NCBI GenBank assembly: GCA_027491415.1
Contig: JAOZFH010000025.1
Coordinates: 1 to 64,000, forward strand
Length of the DNA stretch: 64,000 nt
DNA from: Thermoproteota archaeon
Lineage (GTDB): Archaea; Korarchaeota; Korarchaeia; Korarchaeales; Korarchaeaceae
Direction of reading: 5' to 3'
Position 1 is the stretch's first letter, and the number at the start of each line of letters is the position of its first letter. The translations under genes and the position numbers were made by a program. Below are positions 18,223-28,691 of this stretch, one piece after another. The notes below the pieces were generated by a model. That model made no database searches, was not told the origin of the DNA, and saw nothing but the letters and a program-made list of their open reading frames with translations.

Positions 18223-18414
18223 GAGCGCTCGGGGCCGCCCCTTCAAAAATGATAAAAAACATTTCCGGTATCAAAAACGGGACTCTGTGAGAGCCCAGGT
18301 TCCCTTATCCGGCAACATCGATGCCTACTTCGATCTAAGGGTTGACCGCAGTGGTCCAAATTTTGCAGGAGATCGCTTACACTCGCTGATGGGACTCGCG
18401 AGGAGCCGCCTCCC

Positions 18415-19341
18415 CTACGGGACCGGATACAGGATGTCCGCGACCCTCCGGAGCTGGTCCAGACCCTTCACCTCGAACTCGAATAGGGGCACCAGAGTTA
18501 CACCCGGCGACTCTCCGAATTCCGCCAAGATCTCCTCGAGGTGCGATGTCTGCATAGCCCGCCTTCTCTTCAGAAGATCGCAGCACGATTCACCCTCGGG
18601 AATCAGCTCGTTGACCACGACCCCCAGCACGTCCAGCCCGAAGGACTTGAGCTCCGCGTAAACCCTCCTAGTCTGGGCCACGGCAAGCGCCTCCGGGATG
18701 GTCACGAGCACAGCCCCGACGTCGGGGGCTCGGAGCATTGACAGAACATCCATGGCGAGGGCCCGCCACTCCTCGATTATCTCCAGCGGAGACCTCTCCC
18801 CCCTCCTTATTCGCTCGAGGGCCCCCCTTATCCTGAGGTAGAGCCTGGCCGCATCTCCCATGTGGGAGTAGACCTGTTCCTGAATCTTGATCAGCCTCAG
18901 GGTGCCGCCGGCCGGGGCGGTGTCCCAGACTATCACGTCGTACTCCTCGGACCTGTAGAAGTCGAGCACGTAGGCCAGGAGGAATTCCTCGGCAAGCCCG
19001 GGGGCACCCGCCACGTAGTCTATGATCTCCCTGCCCACTGGGAGGAACGAGCTGACGACCTGGTAGACCTCGTCTCCATATCTATGCCTCCACATCTTGA
19101 GGATCAGGTCTTCGTCCAGCTCTACCGCGTGAAGGGTCGGCAGTACCGACGTGGGTTTCCCCCTGACGTCGACCTCTAGGATGTCGCTCAGAGACGGCTG
19201 AAAGTCGCTGGATAGCAGGAGCACCCTCCTACCGGCGTCGGCCAGCCGCACGGCGGTGGCGGCGGAGCAGGTGGTCTTCCCCACTCCCCCCTTCCCAGTG
19301 AACATGATCAGCCTCCGCTCTAGCGCGTCGGCCAGCGGCAT
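18415..19341 (-). CDS. arsA: ArsA/GET3 family ATPase
   Basis: GKGGVGKTT, DTAPAG, PE...VVN. Confidence 0.9.
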   Translation of the reverse strand: MPLADALERRLIMFTGKGGVGKTTCSAATAVRLADAGRRVLLLSSDFQPSLSDILEVDVRGKPTSVLPTLHAVELDEDLILKMWRHRYGDEVYQVVSSFLPVGREIIDYVAGAPGLAEEFLLAYVLDFYRSEEYDVIVWDTAPAGGTLRLIKIQEQVYSHMGDAARLYLRIRGALERIRRGERSPLEIIEEWRALAMDVLSMLRAPDVGAVLVTIPEALAVAQTRRVYAELKSFGLDVLGVVVNELIPEGESCCDLLKRRRAMQTSHLEEILAEFGESPGVTLVPLFEFEVKGLDQLRRVADILYPVP

Positions 19342-19393
19342 CGCCCACCTTCGGTGAGTGACCGTAATAAAGGGTCTCCCGGTGCTGTGGACG

Positions 19394-20065
19394 ATGCCGC
19401 CCCTGTCGCCGGAAGAGGAGGAGGCCCTGGCGTCGGTCGCCAGGAAGTACTACGGCCGGGATCCCGCGCACGGCTGGGACCACATACTCGCGGTGGTCAA
19501 CGCGGCCAGGGTGATAGCTCGGGAACTCGGGGCCGACGAGGCCGTAGTAGTCGCGGCCGCCTACTTCCACGACGCCGCCCCCCGGTTCGAGGCGGGTCAC
19601 GAAGGTCACTCCGAGGCGTCGGCAGAGATAGCCAGACGGGAGCTGGCCAGGATCGGGTGGCCAGAGGAAATTGCGGGGAAGGTGGCTGAGACCATAGTAG
19701 GCGCCTCCTACGAGTCTCACTTGGCTGGAACCGAGGTGGATACTCCAGAGGCCCAGGCTCTTAGGGAGGCCGATCTGCTTGACGCGATGGGTGCTAGGGG
19801 CATTGCGAGGGCATTCGCGTTTGCGGCATTCTATGGATCCCCAGAGGGACTCGGAACCCTCGACTGGGATCCGGAGAACCCCCCAAACCTCGAGATGAAT
19901 TTGGATGGCCCAGATCCGTCGGCCATACACCACTTCGCCTCCAAGCTCCTGAACCTCCGAACCCGCTTCAGGAGCCGAACGGGGAGGCAGCTGGCAGAGG
20001 GCAGGCACAGGTTCATGGTCGAGTTCCTCAAGAGGTACGCGGCCGAGATGGATGGGCGCCTATAG
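19394..20065 (+). CDS. HD domain phosphohydrolase (YedJ/YpgQ-like)
   Basis: AHGWDH, YFHD, EADLLDAMGARGIAR, HFASKLL. Confidence 0.9.
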   Translation: MPPLSPEEEEALASVARKYYGRDPAHGWDHILAVVNAARVIARELGADEAVVVAAAYFHDAAPRFEAGHEGHSEASAEIARRELARIGWPEEIAGKVAETIVGASYESHLAGTEVDTPEAQALREADLLDAMGARGIARAFAFAAFYGSPEGLGTLDWDPENPPNLEMNLDGPDPSAIHHFASKLLNLRTRFRSRTGRQLAEGRHRFMVEFLKRYAAEMDGRL

Positions 20066-20107
20066 CTGGCGGAAACCTTTTCTCGGACGCTCCGCGTTTG
20101 AAAAGCC

Positions 20108-20662
20108 GTGCGCGACGAGATCGAGGAGGGCATAAGGAGAACGCTTGAACTCATGTCGAGACTTGGGATAGATGGCGAGATCCTCAGGCACGAGGAGGTC
20201 AGCGGGAGGACGTCCGAGGGGGCCGCCGAGGCGCTCGGGGTGCCGCTGGAGAGGGTGGTCAAGACCCTGATCTTCACAGCAGGTGGCAGGTTCGCCGCGG
20301 TCGTGACGCTCGGAGATAGGAGGGTGGATGTCAAGGCATTGAGGGACCTGGTGGGTTTGAAGAAGCCCAGGCTCGCGACCCCAGAGGAGGTCGAGCGCCT
20401 CTTGGGATTCAGCCCGGGTGGGATCCCGCCCTTCGCCCCCGCAAGACTGATGCCCTGCTTAGTAGAGCAGGCGGCGCTCGAGCTGGACTGGGTGGTGGGA
20501 GCCGCCGGGAGTGAGTTCGCCGGCGTCAGGTTCGACCCCAAGAGCCTCCTCTCCCTTGGGTTCAAGCCGGCAAACGTCTCGGGGTCCCGAGAAAAAAGGC
20601 GTTACGAGCCCTCAGAACCGTCTGAGGGCTACGATCTTGGTGAACGCCCAGACGAGACCTAG
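20108..20662 (+). CDS. YbaK/EbsC family aminoacyl-tRNA deacylase
   Basis: VVKTL, RLATPEEV, GGIPPF, GAAG. Confidence 0.88.
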   Translation: MRDEIEEGIRRTLELMSRLGIDGEILRHEEVSGRTSEGAAEALGVPLERVVKTLIFTAGGRFAAVVTLGDRRVDVKALRDLVGLKKPRLATPEEVERLLGFSPGGIPPFAPARLMPCLVEQAALELDWVVGAAGSEFAGVRFDPKSLLSLGFKPANVSGSREKRRYEPSEPSEGYDLGERPDET

Positions 20663-23032
20663 TGGTACGCTCACCAGTGTGGAGAGGACTAGGGCGGTGG
20701 ACCCAAGGGCCGCGAGTGCATGAGATGAGGACGCCACGCCCAAGGCCAGGATAAGGAGCCCTGCACCATCAGCCGCGAGCGCCGCCCTGACCCACCTGGG
20801 GTTGATCTCACCTGCCAAGAGGCGAAGCGCCAGGACAAGTGGGGCCAGCAGGTACATCACCCCCAGGAGGCCGGAGGCCACTACACCGGCAATGGTCACG
20901 GAGGTTTCAGAAGGTCCCATCACTTCCATGAGCATCTTAGATGCGGATAGGGACCACAGCAAGGGGGTGATGCCGAGCCTCACGGCCGCCATAAGACTAG
21001 GCCTGCCCGAGATAAACTCCGCTACCCCCGGGCTCCACGAGTAGTAGAACGCGTTGAACACCCTGAGGAACGCTGAGCCGGCGAACGTAGCAGCCACGTC
21101 CTCGTCCCTGAACTCCCTGAGCATCTGGACCTGGGGCGCCAGCTCCGATCCGTAGGCCGCGGTGGCTATGACGCACCTAGACGGGGCTGCCTGCGCCGGC
21201 TGGACGGTCAGCGTCGCTGTGGCGGTCTTGACGCTCCCCCCGCCCGAGGCGGTCACGGTCACCGAGAAGGTCCCCGTCGTTGCCCCCGTCCTCACCTCCA
21301 GCGTAGAGATCCCGTCTGGGGTGACCTGCTCCGGGGCGATGCTGTAGGCGTAATCGGAGGGCAGCCCGGAGACTCTGAGAGAGACGGGCTGAGGCGCCCC
21401 AGACAGCGTTCTGAGCGCGACGGTGAACGTCACCGTGTCCCCTGTCCTGGCCTCCGCCGCCGACGGTGAGACCTCAACTTCGAAGTCGAACTGGCTGGGC
21501 GCCGAGGTAGTGCTCGGGGGGCTCGAAGAGGTCGGGGGAGCCGTCGTCTGGGGAGGCTGGGTCGCCCTCGGGTTAACGACGAGCGTGACCATAGCCGAAT
21601 GGGTCTTCCCCCCGCCCGAGGCGGTCACGGTCAGCACAAAGCTCCCAACGGCCTCACCGGTCTGTATGGAGAGCGTCGCGGTGTAGGCCCCGGTCTGAGT
21701 CACGGAGAACGTTGAGTCCTGAGGCAGACCCTCCAGGCTTACTGTTACGGGGTCCGAAAATCCTCCAATCGGGATTATCTCGATCTCGAACTCAGCCACG
21801 TCTCCCTGAGTTACCGTCAAGGAAGCTGGAGACAGAGATATCGAGAAGTCCGGCTGCACGGATCTCTGAACGGTCAGCTGAGCGGTGACGGAGTGGCTCA
21901 GGGATCCGGCCGATCCGGAGACGGTGATCGCGCTCGACCCCTCCGGAGTCGACGTCTGGATGGAGACCGTCAGGGTCGTGGAGAAGGGAGGAACCCCGCT
22001 GGGCCTGGTGAAGGAGTACGTGGTATCCTCGGGGAGCCCTGACACGCTTAGGTGAACGGCCTGATCGAAGTCTCCCACTGGTGTCACCTCGACCGTGAAC
22101 ATTGCCTCGGACCCTGCTTCCACAGTCCTCTCCGTGGGTGAGATGGACAGGGCGAAGTCCCTTGGTGCCTCAACCACGTGCAGCGTCAGCTCCTCCTGTA
22201 CGGCCAAGCCTCCCCAGAAGGCATTGAATGTGGCCGTGACTCTCAGCGTGTAGTCTCCGGGGGTCGCGTCCTCCGAGGCCAATATGGAGAGGGTGATCTT
22301 CTTCCTCCCCCCGGCGGGAACGAAAGGTGTTGGGTCGTCGAAGCCCGTGGTTATCCCGGAGGCGGAGAGATCCGTGGTCCGGAGGCTTACCTCCCCCTCG
22401 AATCTGTGAACCGACGTCAGCAGTACCTGAACCTGCTTTGAACTCCCCTGTGTGAGAGTGACCTCGGTCTGATTCAAGCCTATACCGAGTGAGGGTTTAA
22501 TCCCCCTAGTCTTGAAGAGGTAGTCCTTAACGAAATTTCCCGTGGTCAAAGCGCCATCCCTTACCTTGTCCCCGTTTGGGCAGTCGTACCCCATAGTCTT
22601 CCATGAGACCGCGTAGGTGGAGAAGAGCTCGAGGAAGTAGGGCTCCCCGGGGTCCACCTCCACGGGTTCCGAGAAAGAGAACTCCTCCCACCTCGGCCCC
22701 CCGATGTCGATCTGCTTCGTCTTTTCGGCTATAACTGGCCCCGAGATCGACCCCCTGTGGATCCTGAGGGTAAGCGGGGCGGGCCCGCTTACAGAGGAAA
22801 ACTCCACATATACTAGGACCGAAGTTATGGTCCCGAGTCTCGGGCGGATGATCTCTCCGATGGGCGAGTGAAAACTCACGAAGTCCCCGCCGGAGACGGC
22901 GGCAGAGCAAACCAAGTCGTCGATGATCGTGACGGCGGCTTCGGCGGGCGCGTACCCCCCAGGTAAGGGGGCGGTCAAGAGGATGAGGGAGCCCAGCAGT
23001 ACGATGGCTGCTGGGCCGCGTGCGTTGCTCAT
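20612..23032 (-). CDS. Surface protein with tandem Ig-like repeats and CFI-box-CTERM domain
   Basis: Signal peptide; DFxxSxSP repeats; P/T/S linker; CVIATAAYGSELAPQVQMLREFRD; C-terminal TM helices. Confidence 0.9.
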   Translation of the reverse strand: MSNARGPAAIVLLGSLILLTAPLPGGYAPAEAAVTIIDDLVCSAAVSGGDFVSFHSPIGEIIRPRLGTITSVLVYVEFSSVSGPAPLTLRIHRGSISGPVIAEKTKQIDIGGPRWEEFSFSEPVEVDPGEPYFLELFSTYAVSWKTMGYDCPNGDKVRDGALTTGNFVKDYLFKTRGIKPSLGIGLNQTEVTLTQGSSKQVQVLLTSVHRFEGEVSLRTTDLSASGITTGFDDPTPFVPAGGRKKITLSILASEDATPGDYTLRVTATFNAFWGGLAVQEELTLHVVEAPRDFALSISPTERTVEAGSEAMFTVEVTPVGDFDQAVHLSVSGLPEDTTYSFTRPSGVPPFSTTLTVSIQTSTPEGSSAITVSGSAGSLSHSVTAQLTVQRSVQPDFSISLSPASLTVTQGDVAEFEIEIIPIGGFSDPVTVSLEGLPQDSTFSVTQTGAYTATLSIQTGEAVGSFVLTVTASGGGKTHSAMVTLVVNPRATQPPQTTAPPTSSSPPSTTSAPSQFDFEVEVSPSAAEARTGDTVTFTVALRTLSGAPQPVSLRVSGLPSDYAYSIAPEQVTPDGISTLEVRTGATTGTFSVTVTASGGGSVKTATATLTVQPAQAAPSRCVIATAAYGSELAPQVQMLREFRDEDVAATFAGSAFLRVFNAFYYSWSPGVAEFISGRPSLMAAVRLGITPLLWSLSASKMLMEVMGPSETSVTIAGVVASGLLGVMYLLAPLVLALRLLAGEINPRWVRAALAADGAGLLILALGVASSSHALAALGSTALVLSTLVSVPLGLVWAFTKIVALRRF

Positions 23033-23157
23033 AGCTGCGCCCAGCACGCCATCCTATTTAATCTAATGTCATGACCCGACTGCCCACCTGTTGGTGAAAT
23101 CGAGGAGTAAATCCCCGAAAATGCTAAAGAGATATGAAAGCTCTCCCCTGATCAAGT

Positions 23158-23388
23158 TCACGGTTCTCCCACGCCCTCGACCTCAAACACCTTCTCCCTC
23201 GACCTCTGTCCCTTGACGAGCCTGACCCTGCTCTTGCTCACTCCAAAGTACTCCGCGAGGATCTCCCTCGCTTCCTCGTTCGCCCTGCCCTTCTCTGGCG
23301 GCGATCGGACGTAGACCACCGTGAGGTCTCCCTCCACCTCGACCCCCCGCCTTCGCGCCCTGGGGTGGACCAGCACCTTAACGCGCGT
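23158..23388 (-). CDS. DUF167/YggU (UPF0235) family protein
   Basis: PPEKGRANEE, VKGQRSREK; start either ACG at 23388 or GTG at 23376. Confidence 0.88.
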   Translation of the reverse strand, partial: TRVKVLVHPRARRRGVEVEGDLTVVYVRSPPEKGRANEEAREILAEYFGVSKSRVRLVKGQRSREKVFEVEGVGEP

Positions 23389-23391
23389 TGG

Positions 23392-23850
23392 TCAGCACCT
23401 CGCCTTCAGGGTCTCCGTCACCACGGCCGGGCAGACCCTCGTGACCCCCTGCATCTGGCTGATCTCCCTGAGTATCCTATCCATTTCCTCCTCGTCTCTC
23501 GCCCATATCTCCAGCATTATCGCGTGGTCGCCTGCCGTTATCCAGGCTCCCTTGACGTACTTCTTGGACGCCAGCTCCCTGGCCAGCCTGATAAGATCTC
23601 CAGGCTCTACGTCCACCCCGGTCAGTGAGGTCACTCTGTAGCCCAGTGCCTTGGGGTCAACCACGGCGGTGTAGCCAAGGATGACTCCGCTCTTCTCCAG
23701 CCTGTTGAGCCTCTTTCTGACGGCGACGTCGCTTATCCCGAGAGCGTCGGCCAGCTCCCTGTAAGTCACCCTCCCGTTTTTCATTAGAATGCTAACTATG
23801 GTTAGGTCCTTATCGTCGAGCACGAGTCCAGCCTTGGTGGTCCTCACCAT
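23392..23850 (-). CDS. lrpA: Lrp/AsnC family transcriptional regulator (LrpA-like)
   Basis: LDDKD...YRELADALGISDVAVRKRLNRLEKSGVI, GDH, VCPAV. Confidence 0.85.
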   Translation of the reverse strand: MVRTTKAGLVLDDKDLTIVSILMKNGRVTYRELADALGISDVAVRKRLNRLEKSGVILGYTAVVDPKALGYRVTSLTGVDVEPGDLIRLARELASKKYVKGAWITAGDHAIMLEIWARDEEEMDRILREISQMQGVTRVCPAVVTETLKARC

Positions 23851-24038
23851 CAGTCGCTCGAACCTCTTGTTCCGAGGTCGCAATTAAACAATTCGAAAAA
23901 GAAACCTTTTTATTTTGGAATGAAAACTTCTAAAAGATCTGGCGTTAAAGGGCAAATAGATATGGGACTGTGGCAGCCAAGCGCCGGCATAATGCTGTCT
24001 GGGTGAACGTTTATCTCTGTCCCGAGGAGCTTTTTGGT

Positions 24039-24302
24039 ATGCCCTGCCGAAAGAAGAAGAGAGGCTCGAAAGGCGCAGGCGGGCGCGCCAAGGCCGAACT
24101 CGACGAGGAGGCCATCGCCATCCTCAAGGCCTTGGCGTCTCTCAAGGAGCCGGCAGGTTGCTCTAAGATAGCCGAGATCGCCGGTCTGCCGGCGAGGAAG
24201 GTCACGGGCAAGCTGAGGGGACTCCTCAACAGGGGGCTGGTGTCTAGGCCCAGCAGGGGGGTCTACGTCATAACCGACGAGGGGAGGAAGGCGGTTTCCT
24301 GA
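24039..24302 (+). CDS. Small winged-helix DNA-binding protein
   Basis: IAEIAGL...LRGLLNRGLVSRP..GVYVITDEG. Confidence 0.75.
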   Translation: MPCRKKKRGSKGAGGRAKAELDEEAIAILKALASLKEPAGCSKIAEIAGLPARKVTGKLRGLLNRGLVSRPSRGVYVITDEGRKAVS

Positions 24303-24371
24303 GGGCCTCTAACCGCACAGGGTGGCCCGGCAGAAGCGGCTCCCGAGAAAGAAGAAAAAGGGGACTGGCTC

Positions 24372-24533
24372 TCAGTCGATCCTCTCGAATAGATCCTTGG
24401 AGGCCCCGCATATCGGGCAGACCCAGTCCTCCGGCAGATCCTCGAACTTGGTGCCCGGGGCTATCCCGTGCGAGGGATCCCCCTTCTCCTCGTCTAGGAC
24501 GTACCCGCAGACCGTGCACCTCCACTTCACCAT
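24372..24533 (-). CDS. rub: Rubredoxin (not in the ORF track)
   Basis: Hand translation [53 protein letters not shown]. Confidence 0.97.
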   Translation of the reverse strand: MVKWRCTVCGYVLDEEKGDPSHGIAPGTKFEDLPEDWVCPICGASKDLFERID

Positions 24534-24544
24534 AGAGATCCCCC

Positions 24545-24919
24545 TCACTCAACCTCAATCCTCTTGGAGTTCTCCCAGACCCCGTGGACATTGCAGTACT
24601 CCAAGGCGAAGAGGGTAGCCGACTTGACCAGCTTCATCTTGAAGGTCACCTTGGGCTCTGCGTACGCTGGGCCCAGATCGAAGGTGGCGATGTGGATGGG
24701 GTTGTACGGCCTGTCCTCTTCCCTGATGAAGACCTGAATCCACTTTATGTGGTGCTCCACGGTGTTTGGGTGGGGGACATCCTTGCCGACGATTATCGAG
24801 ACCTCAAACTCTTCGCCAGCCTTCACCCTGTCTGGGGCCTCGATGTGCGGGGTGTGCTTCTCCCCTCCCAGCTCGGCCTCCTTCTCACGGGTGTAGATCT
24901 GGTCTCCGAACCTCTCCAT
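24545..24919 (-). CDS. sor: Superoxide reductase (neelaredoxin type)
   Basis: [23 protein letters not shown]; co-oriented with rubredoxin. Confidence 0.93.
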   Translation of the reverse strand: MERFGDQIYTREKEAELGGEKHTPHIEAPDRVKAGEEFEVSIIVGKDVPHPNTVEHHIKWIQVFIREEDRPYNPIHIATFDLGPAYAEPKVTFKMKLVKSATLFALEYCNVHGVWENSKRIEVE

Positions 24920-24953
24920 GGGACTCGACACCCGAACAGCAGGGTGCCGGGGA

Positions 24954-24963
24954 GGTTATAACC
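24954..24963 (-). promoter_or_regulatory. Palindromic TATA-box candidate GGTTATAACC upstream of sor-rub
   Basis: Perfect 10-bp palindrome containing TTATAA about 35-45 nt upstream of the sor ATG. Confidence 0.45.
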
Positions 24964-25097
24964 GTTGTTTTCTGAATTTGAATGTCGGCAATTCTGAACT
25001 CCTGGCGTTCTCCCTCCAACCCGCCGCCCATGTGGAGGTGAGTATCGAGAGTGGATCTGCAAGGACTTAAATCGCCGGGTGGCGGACGGGGTCGGGC

Positions 25098-27287
25098 ATG
25101 GGGAAGGTCCTCGTAATCACCGAGAAGCCCAGGGTGGCCCAGAAGATAGCGCAGATCCTGGGTGAAGGGAGCGCCAAGTCGGAGAAGAGGGGCAGGGTGA
25201 CCCTGTATCGATTCGAGAGGGATGGCGAGGAGTGGGTCGTTGTCCCCGCATCTGGACACGTCTTGGAGCTTGACTTTCCCGACTCAAAGAAGGAGTGGAC
25301 CTTCCCCGTGATACACCCCCCGGAGGAGCTCGTGTTTCGACCCATCCGGTCAAAGTCCGCTTATCTGAGGGTTATCCGCGAGGAGGGCAGGGACGCTGAC
25401 CGGATCATCGTCGCCACCGACTTGGACACGGAGGGCTCTGCCATAGGACTGGAGATCGTTCGATACTTGGGCTGGGAGGGCGAGAAAGAGATACTGAGGG
25501 CCGAGTTCTCCGCCCTCACCCCAGAGGCGATAGAGAGGGCCTTCGCCGATCTGAGGCCCTTCGACTACCCTAGGGCGAACGCCGGATGGGCCAGGAGGGT
25601 TCTCGACCTCGAGTGGGGGGCCAACGTGACGCGCGCTCTCACGCTGTCTACGAGGGAGCACAGCTGGGTTAAGGTTCTCTCCGGTGGGAGAGTCCAGAGC
25701 CCGGCCTTGGCCCTGATAGTCAAGAGGGAGGAGGAGATAAGGAACTTCGTTCCACGCAAGTACTACGTAGTCACCGCCACCTTCGAGACGCCCAGGGGGG
25801 AGACTTTCGAGGCCGTCGCCCTACCCCCCAAAGGACAGGACAGGATCTGGGACAGGGAGCTGGCCGAGAAGATAAGGGAGGATGTCCTAAACGAGTTTGG
25901 CCTGGCCAAGGTCAGCGCAAGGGAGGTCAGCGTCCCTCCCCCGCCCCCGTTCAACGGCACCGACATGCAGGTGGAGGTCAGCAGGATCACCGGCCTGACG
26001 CCGAGACAGATAGCCGACAGGACAAGGGGGATCGCTCAGCAACTCTATGAGGCCGGCTTGATCAGCTACATCGGCACTGAGAGTCAGAAGTACCCAAAGG
26101 AGTGGGGCAGGAAGGAGTTCGAGGCGATGGTCAGGGTGATCCAGAGATGGGAGCCGCTCAGGGACGTGGCAGAGTGGGTGCTGAAGAACATGAGGCCCAG
26201 GCCTGTGGAGGGAAGGAAGGACGACCCAGCTCACCCCTGCATACATGTGGTCGGTGCCCCCAAGGGGCCCGACGACCTGCCCACCAAGAGGCACGCTAGG
26301 GTCTACGAGGTCATAGCCAGGAGGGTCCTCGCCACGCTCTCGCCAGACGGCAGGGACAGGAGGACCAGGGTAGACGTGGAGGTAAGGGGGCACCCCTTCA
26401 GGGCCGCGGGCAGGGTGATCCTCGAGCGGGGATGGAGGCGGGTCTACCCTTACGCGAAAGCCGAGGAGAGGGAGCTTCCGAGGGTCGAGAGCGGGGAGAG
26501 GCTGAGGTGCGTCGACGTCAGGATCGAGGAGAAGGAGACCCAACCTCCCCCCCGCTACACCCCCAGGAGCCTGATCAGGGAGATGGAGAGGCTGGGCCTG
26601 GGGACCAAGAACACGAGGGCTCAGATCCTCGACATACTCAGGGAGAGGGGGTACGTGGAGGGCAAGAGCTTTAAACCAACGCCCATCGGAGAGGCCGTGG
26701 TCAGAGCCCTGGAGAAGAGCGTTCCGGAGATAGTGAGCCCTGAGCTGACGGCTCAGCTTGACAGGGCCATGCAGGAGATAGAGCTGGGGAGAATGGACCA
26801 CCGGGAGTTCCTCCGGAGCACGCTGAAGAGGCTGGAGGAGATCGCGAGTGAGTTCGAGCAGCGAGGCCTCGAGCTGGGCCAGTCGCTGGCCGAGGCCCTG
26901 AGGGCCCACAGGCGCGCGTCGCGCGAGGTGGGTACGTGCCCCAGGTGTGGGTCCCCCCTGGTCATCCGCAGGTCCAGGTATGGCAGGTTCGTCTCCTGCT
27001 CGGCCTACCCGGAGTGTGACGTGAAGTACAACCTTTATCCCGGCGAGGAGGTCCTGACCGAAGCCTGCGTTTGCGGGCTGCCGCTCGTCAGGGGCAGGGT
27101 CCGCACCAAGTCAGGGAGGACTCTCCAGTACCTTCGGTGCCTTGGCAACTGCGACCAGACCCCTCTGCGGTGCAGGGAGTGTGGAGCCCCGGCGGTGCCC
27201 AGGAAGGGCAGGTACGGGGTCTTCATCGCATGCACCCAGTGCGAGAAGGTGAACTACTTCCTGGTCAGGAGGCGCAGGCCCAGCTGA
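25098..27287 (+). CDS. topA: DNA topoisomerase IA with C-terminal Zn ribbons
   Basis: ITEKP, GH, DLDTEG Toprim motif, SGGRVQ, LISY, AHPCI, GLGTKNTR, CxxC ribbons. Confidence 0.95.
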   Translation: MGKVLVITEKPRVAQKIAQILGEGSAKSEKRGRVTLYRFERDGEEWVVVPASGHVLELDFPDSKKEWTFPVIHPPEELVFRPIRSKSAYLRVIREEGRDADRIIVATDLDTEGSAIGLEIVRYLGWEGEKEILRAEFSALTPEAIERAFADLRPFDYPRANAGWARRVLDLEWGANVTRALTLSTREHSWVKVLSGGRVQSPALALIVKREEEIRNFVPRKYYVVTATFETPRGETFEAVALPPKGQDRIWDRELAEKIREDVLNEFGLAKVSAREVSVPPPPPFNGTDMQVEVSRITGLTPRQIADRTRGIAQQLYEAGLISYIGTESQKYPKEWGRKEFEAMVRVIQRWEPLRDVAEWVLKNMRPRPVEGRKDDPAHPCIHVVGAPKGPDDLPTKRHARVYEVIARRVLATLSPDGRDRRTRVDVEVRGHPFRAAGRVILERGWRRVYPYAKAEERELPRVESGERLRCVDVRIEEKETQPPPRYTPRSLIREMERLGLGTKNTRAQILDILRERGYVEGKSFKPTPIGEAVVRALEKSVPEIVSPELTAQLDRAMQEIELGRMDHREFLRSTLKRLEEIASEFEQRGLELGQSLAEALRAHRRASREVGTCPRCGSPLVIRRSRYGRFVSCSAYPECDVKYNLYPGEEVLTEACVCGLPLVRGRVRTKSGRTLQYLRCLGNCDQTPLRCRECGAPAVPRKGRYGVFIACTQCEKVNYFLVRRRRPS

Positions 27288-27335
27288 TCAGATGGATCCG
27301 CCGGGATTGGGGGGCAAAGGGGAGGGGAAGGGTGG

Positions 27336-28691
27336 TTAGACCCCCTTCATCCACGTCTGGACCTCGTTAAAGAGGGCCCTTTCCTCGGCGTACCACCTCT
27401 CGAACCCCTCTGGAGAATCTGGGAAGCTAGAGTACAGCTCGACGGCCCTGTCCATGTACTCCTTTACCTTCACCAGCTGCCTAAGCACGGAAGGCCTTCT
27501 GAGGAGCTTCAGGCCAGAAGAGACCCGCCGGACTGTGTCGGACGCCAGCCTGCCCCTCGATCCTATGTCGTAGATGTCCTCGCCTGACACCACGCCGGAG
27601 GATATGATGAAGTCGAGGTCGTCGTTGGTGAGCCTCTGCAGGTAGAGCCTGAGCACGTCAAGCCCGGCTTGCTTGGCCCCGTAGAGCTTGTGGTACCTCT
27701 TGTGGTAGCTCCAGAGGCCGGCCACGGTGAAGTCACCCCTCTCGCTCGCCTCCAGGACTGCCTCCGCCGCGGCCTTTGCGCCCAGCATGCTGGGCCCGAT
27801 ACCGCCGCCGTGGATTGGGTTGGCCGCGCAGATGGCATCCCCGACGGCCAAGAACCCGTTCCAGGCCATGCAGGGGACTGTTCTCCTGGTCGGGACGACG
27901 CCCCCGCCCACGTGCAGCCTCCGGCTCACCCTATACCGCGGCTCGAGGACCTCCTCGTACACCCTTCTGGGGTTCGGGTTGCCGGGTATGGCCTGGACCC
28001 CCAGCCCGAGGTTGATGTAATTCCCGCCCTTGTGGAAGGACCACCAGTACCCTCCAGGCGCTATCTCTACGTTGAGATAGATCACGGCGTAGCCCCTCTC
28101 CCTCTCCGGCACCTCCTCAACCTCTATCTCTCCCCTGTAGGCTGCGATGAGATCTTCCTTAGGCACCCTGTAGGAGACCCACCAGCCCTCTGGGAGCTTG
28201 CTCCTGAGGGTCGCCGTGGCGCCGGTGGCGTCGATCACCACGCTGGACCTAATCTCAAAGACCTTCCTTCCCCTGAGATCTCGCACCTTCACGCCGACCA
28301 CATTCGAGCCCTCGACGAGGGGCTCGAAGGCGTGGTGCTCGCCGAAGAACTCTGCGCCAGCCTGCTCAGCTATAGAGAGGAGCCTCTGTCCGAAGTGATA
28401 CCTGTTCAGGGCGTAGCCCTCTCCCTCCACGATGATGACATCCCTCTCGTTGGGCGCGAAGACCTTTACGCCCCGGAACTTCCCCTCGACCTCAGGTCCG
28501 GTGGGGTGGGGTATCCCGACCCTGTCAAAGTGCCGGACATCTATGGCGTCCCCGCAGACCTTGTCGCCCACACCCTCCCTGGGCTTCATGTCCAGCAGAG
28601 CCACCTTGAGCCCGCCCTTTGCCAAGAAGTAGGCGGCCGTGGCACCTGCGGACCCAGCCCCGGCCACCACCACGTCGTACCTCTCGGCCAT
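27336..28691 (-). CDS. Digeranylgeranylglycerophospholipid (geranylgeranyl) reductase
   Basis: GAGSAG, KVCGDA, PGGYWWSF, GDA...NPIHGGGI. Confidence 0.92.
   Translation of the reverse strand: MAERYDVVVAGAGSAGATAAYFLAKGGLKVALLDMKPREGVGDKVCGDAIDVRHFDRVGIPHPTGPEVEGKFRGVKVFAPNERDVIIVEGEGYALNRYHFGQRLLSIAEQAGAEFFGEHHAFEPLVEGSNVVGVKVRDLRGRKVFEIRSSVVIDATGATATLRSKLPEGWWVSYRVPKEDLIAAYRGEIEVEEVPERERGYAVIYLNVEIAPGGYWWSFHKGGNYINLGLGVQAIPGNPNPRRVYEEVLEPRYRVSRRLHVGGGVVPTRRTVPCMAWNGFLAVGDAICAANPIHGGGIGPSMLGAKAAAEAVLEASERGDFTVAGLWSYHKRYHKLYGAKQAGLDVLRLYLQRLTNDDLDFIISSGVVSGEDIYDIGSRGRLASDTVRRVSSGLKLLRRPSVLRQLVKVKEYMDRAVELYSSFPDSPEGFERWYAEERALFNEVQTWMKGV

Noticed and set aside
24954-24963. SurR site upstream of sor
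   Set aside because: Spacing is GTT-n2-AAC, not GTT-n3-AAC; better explained as a TATA box
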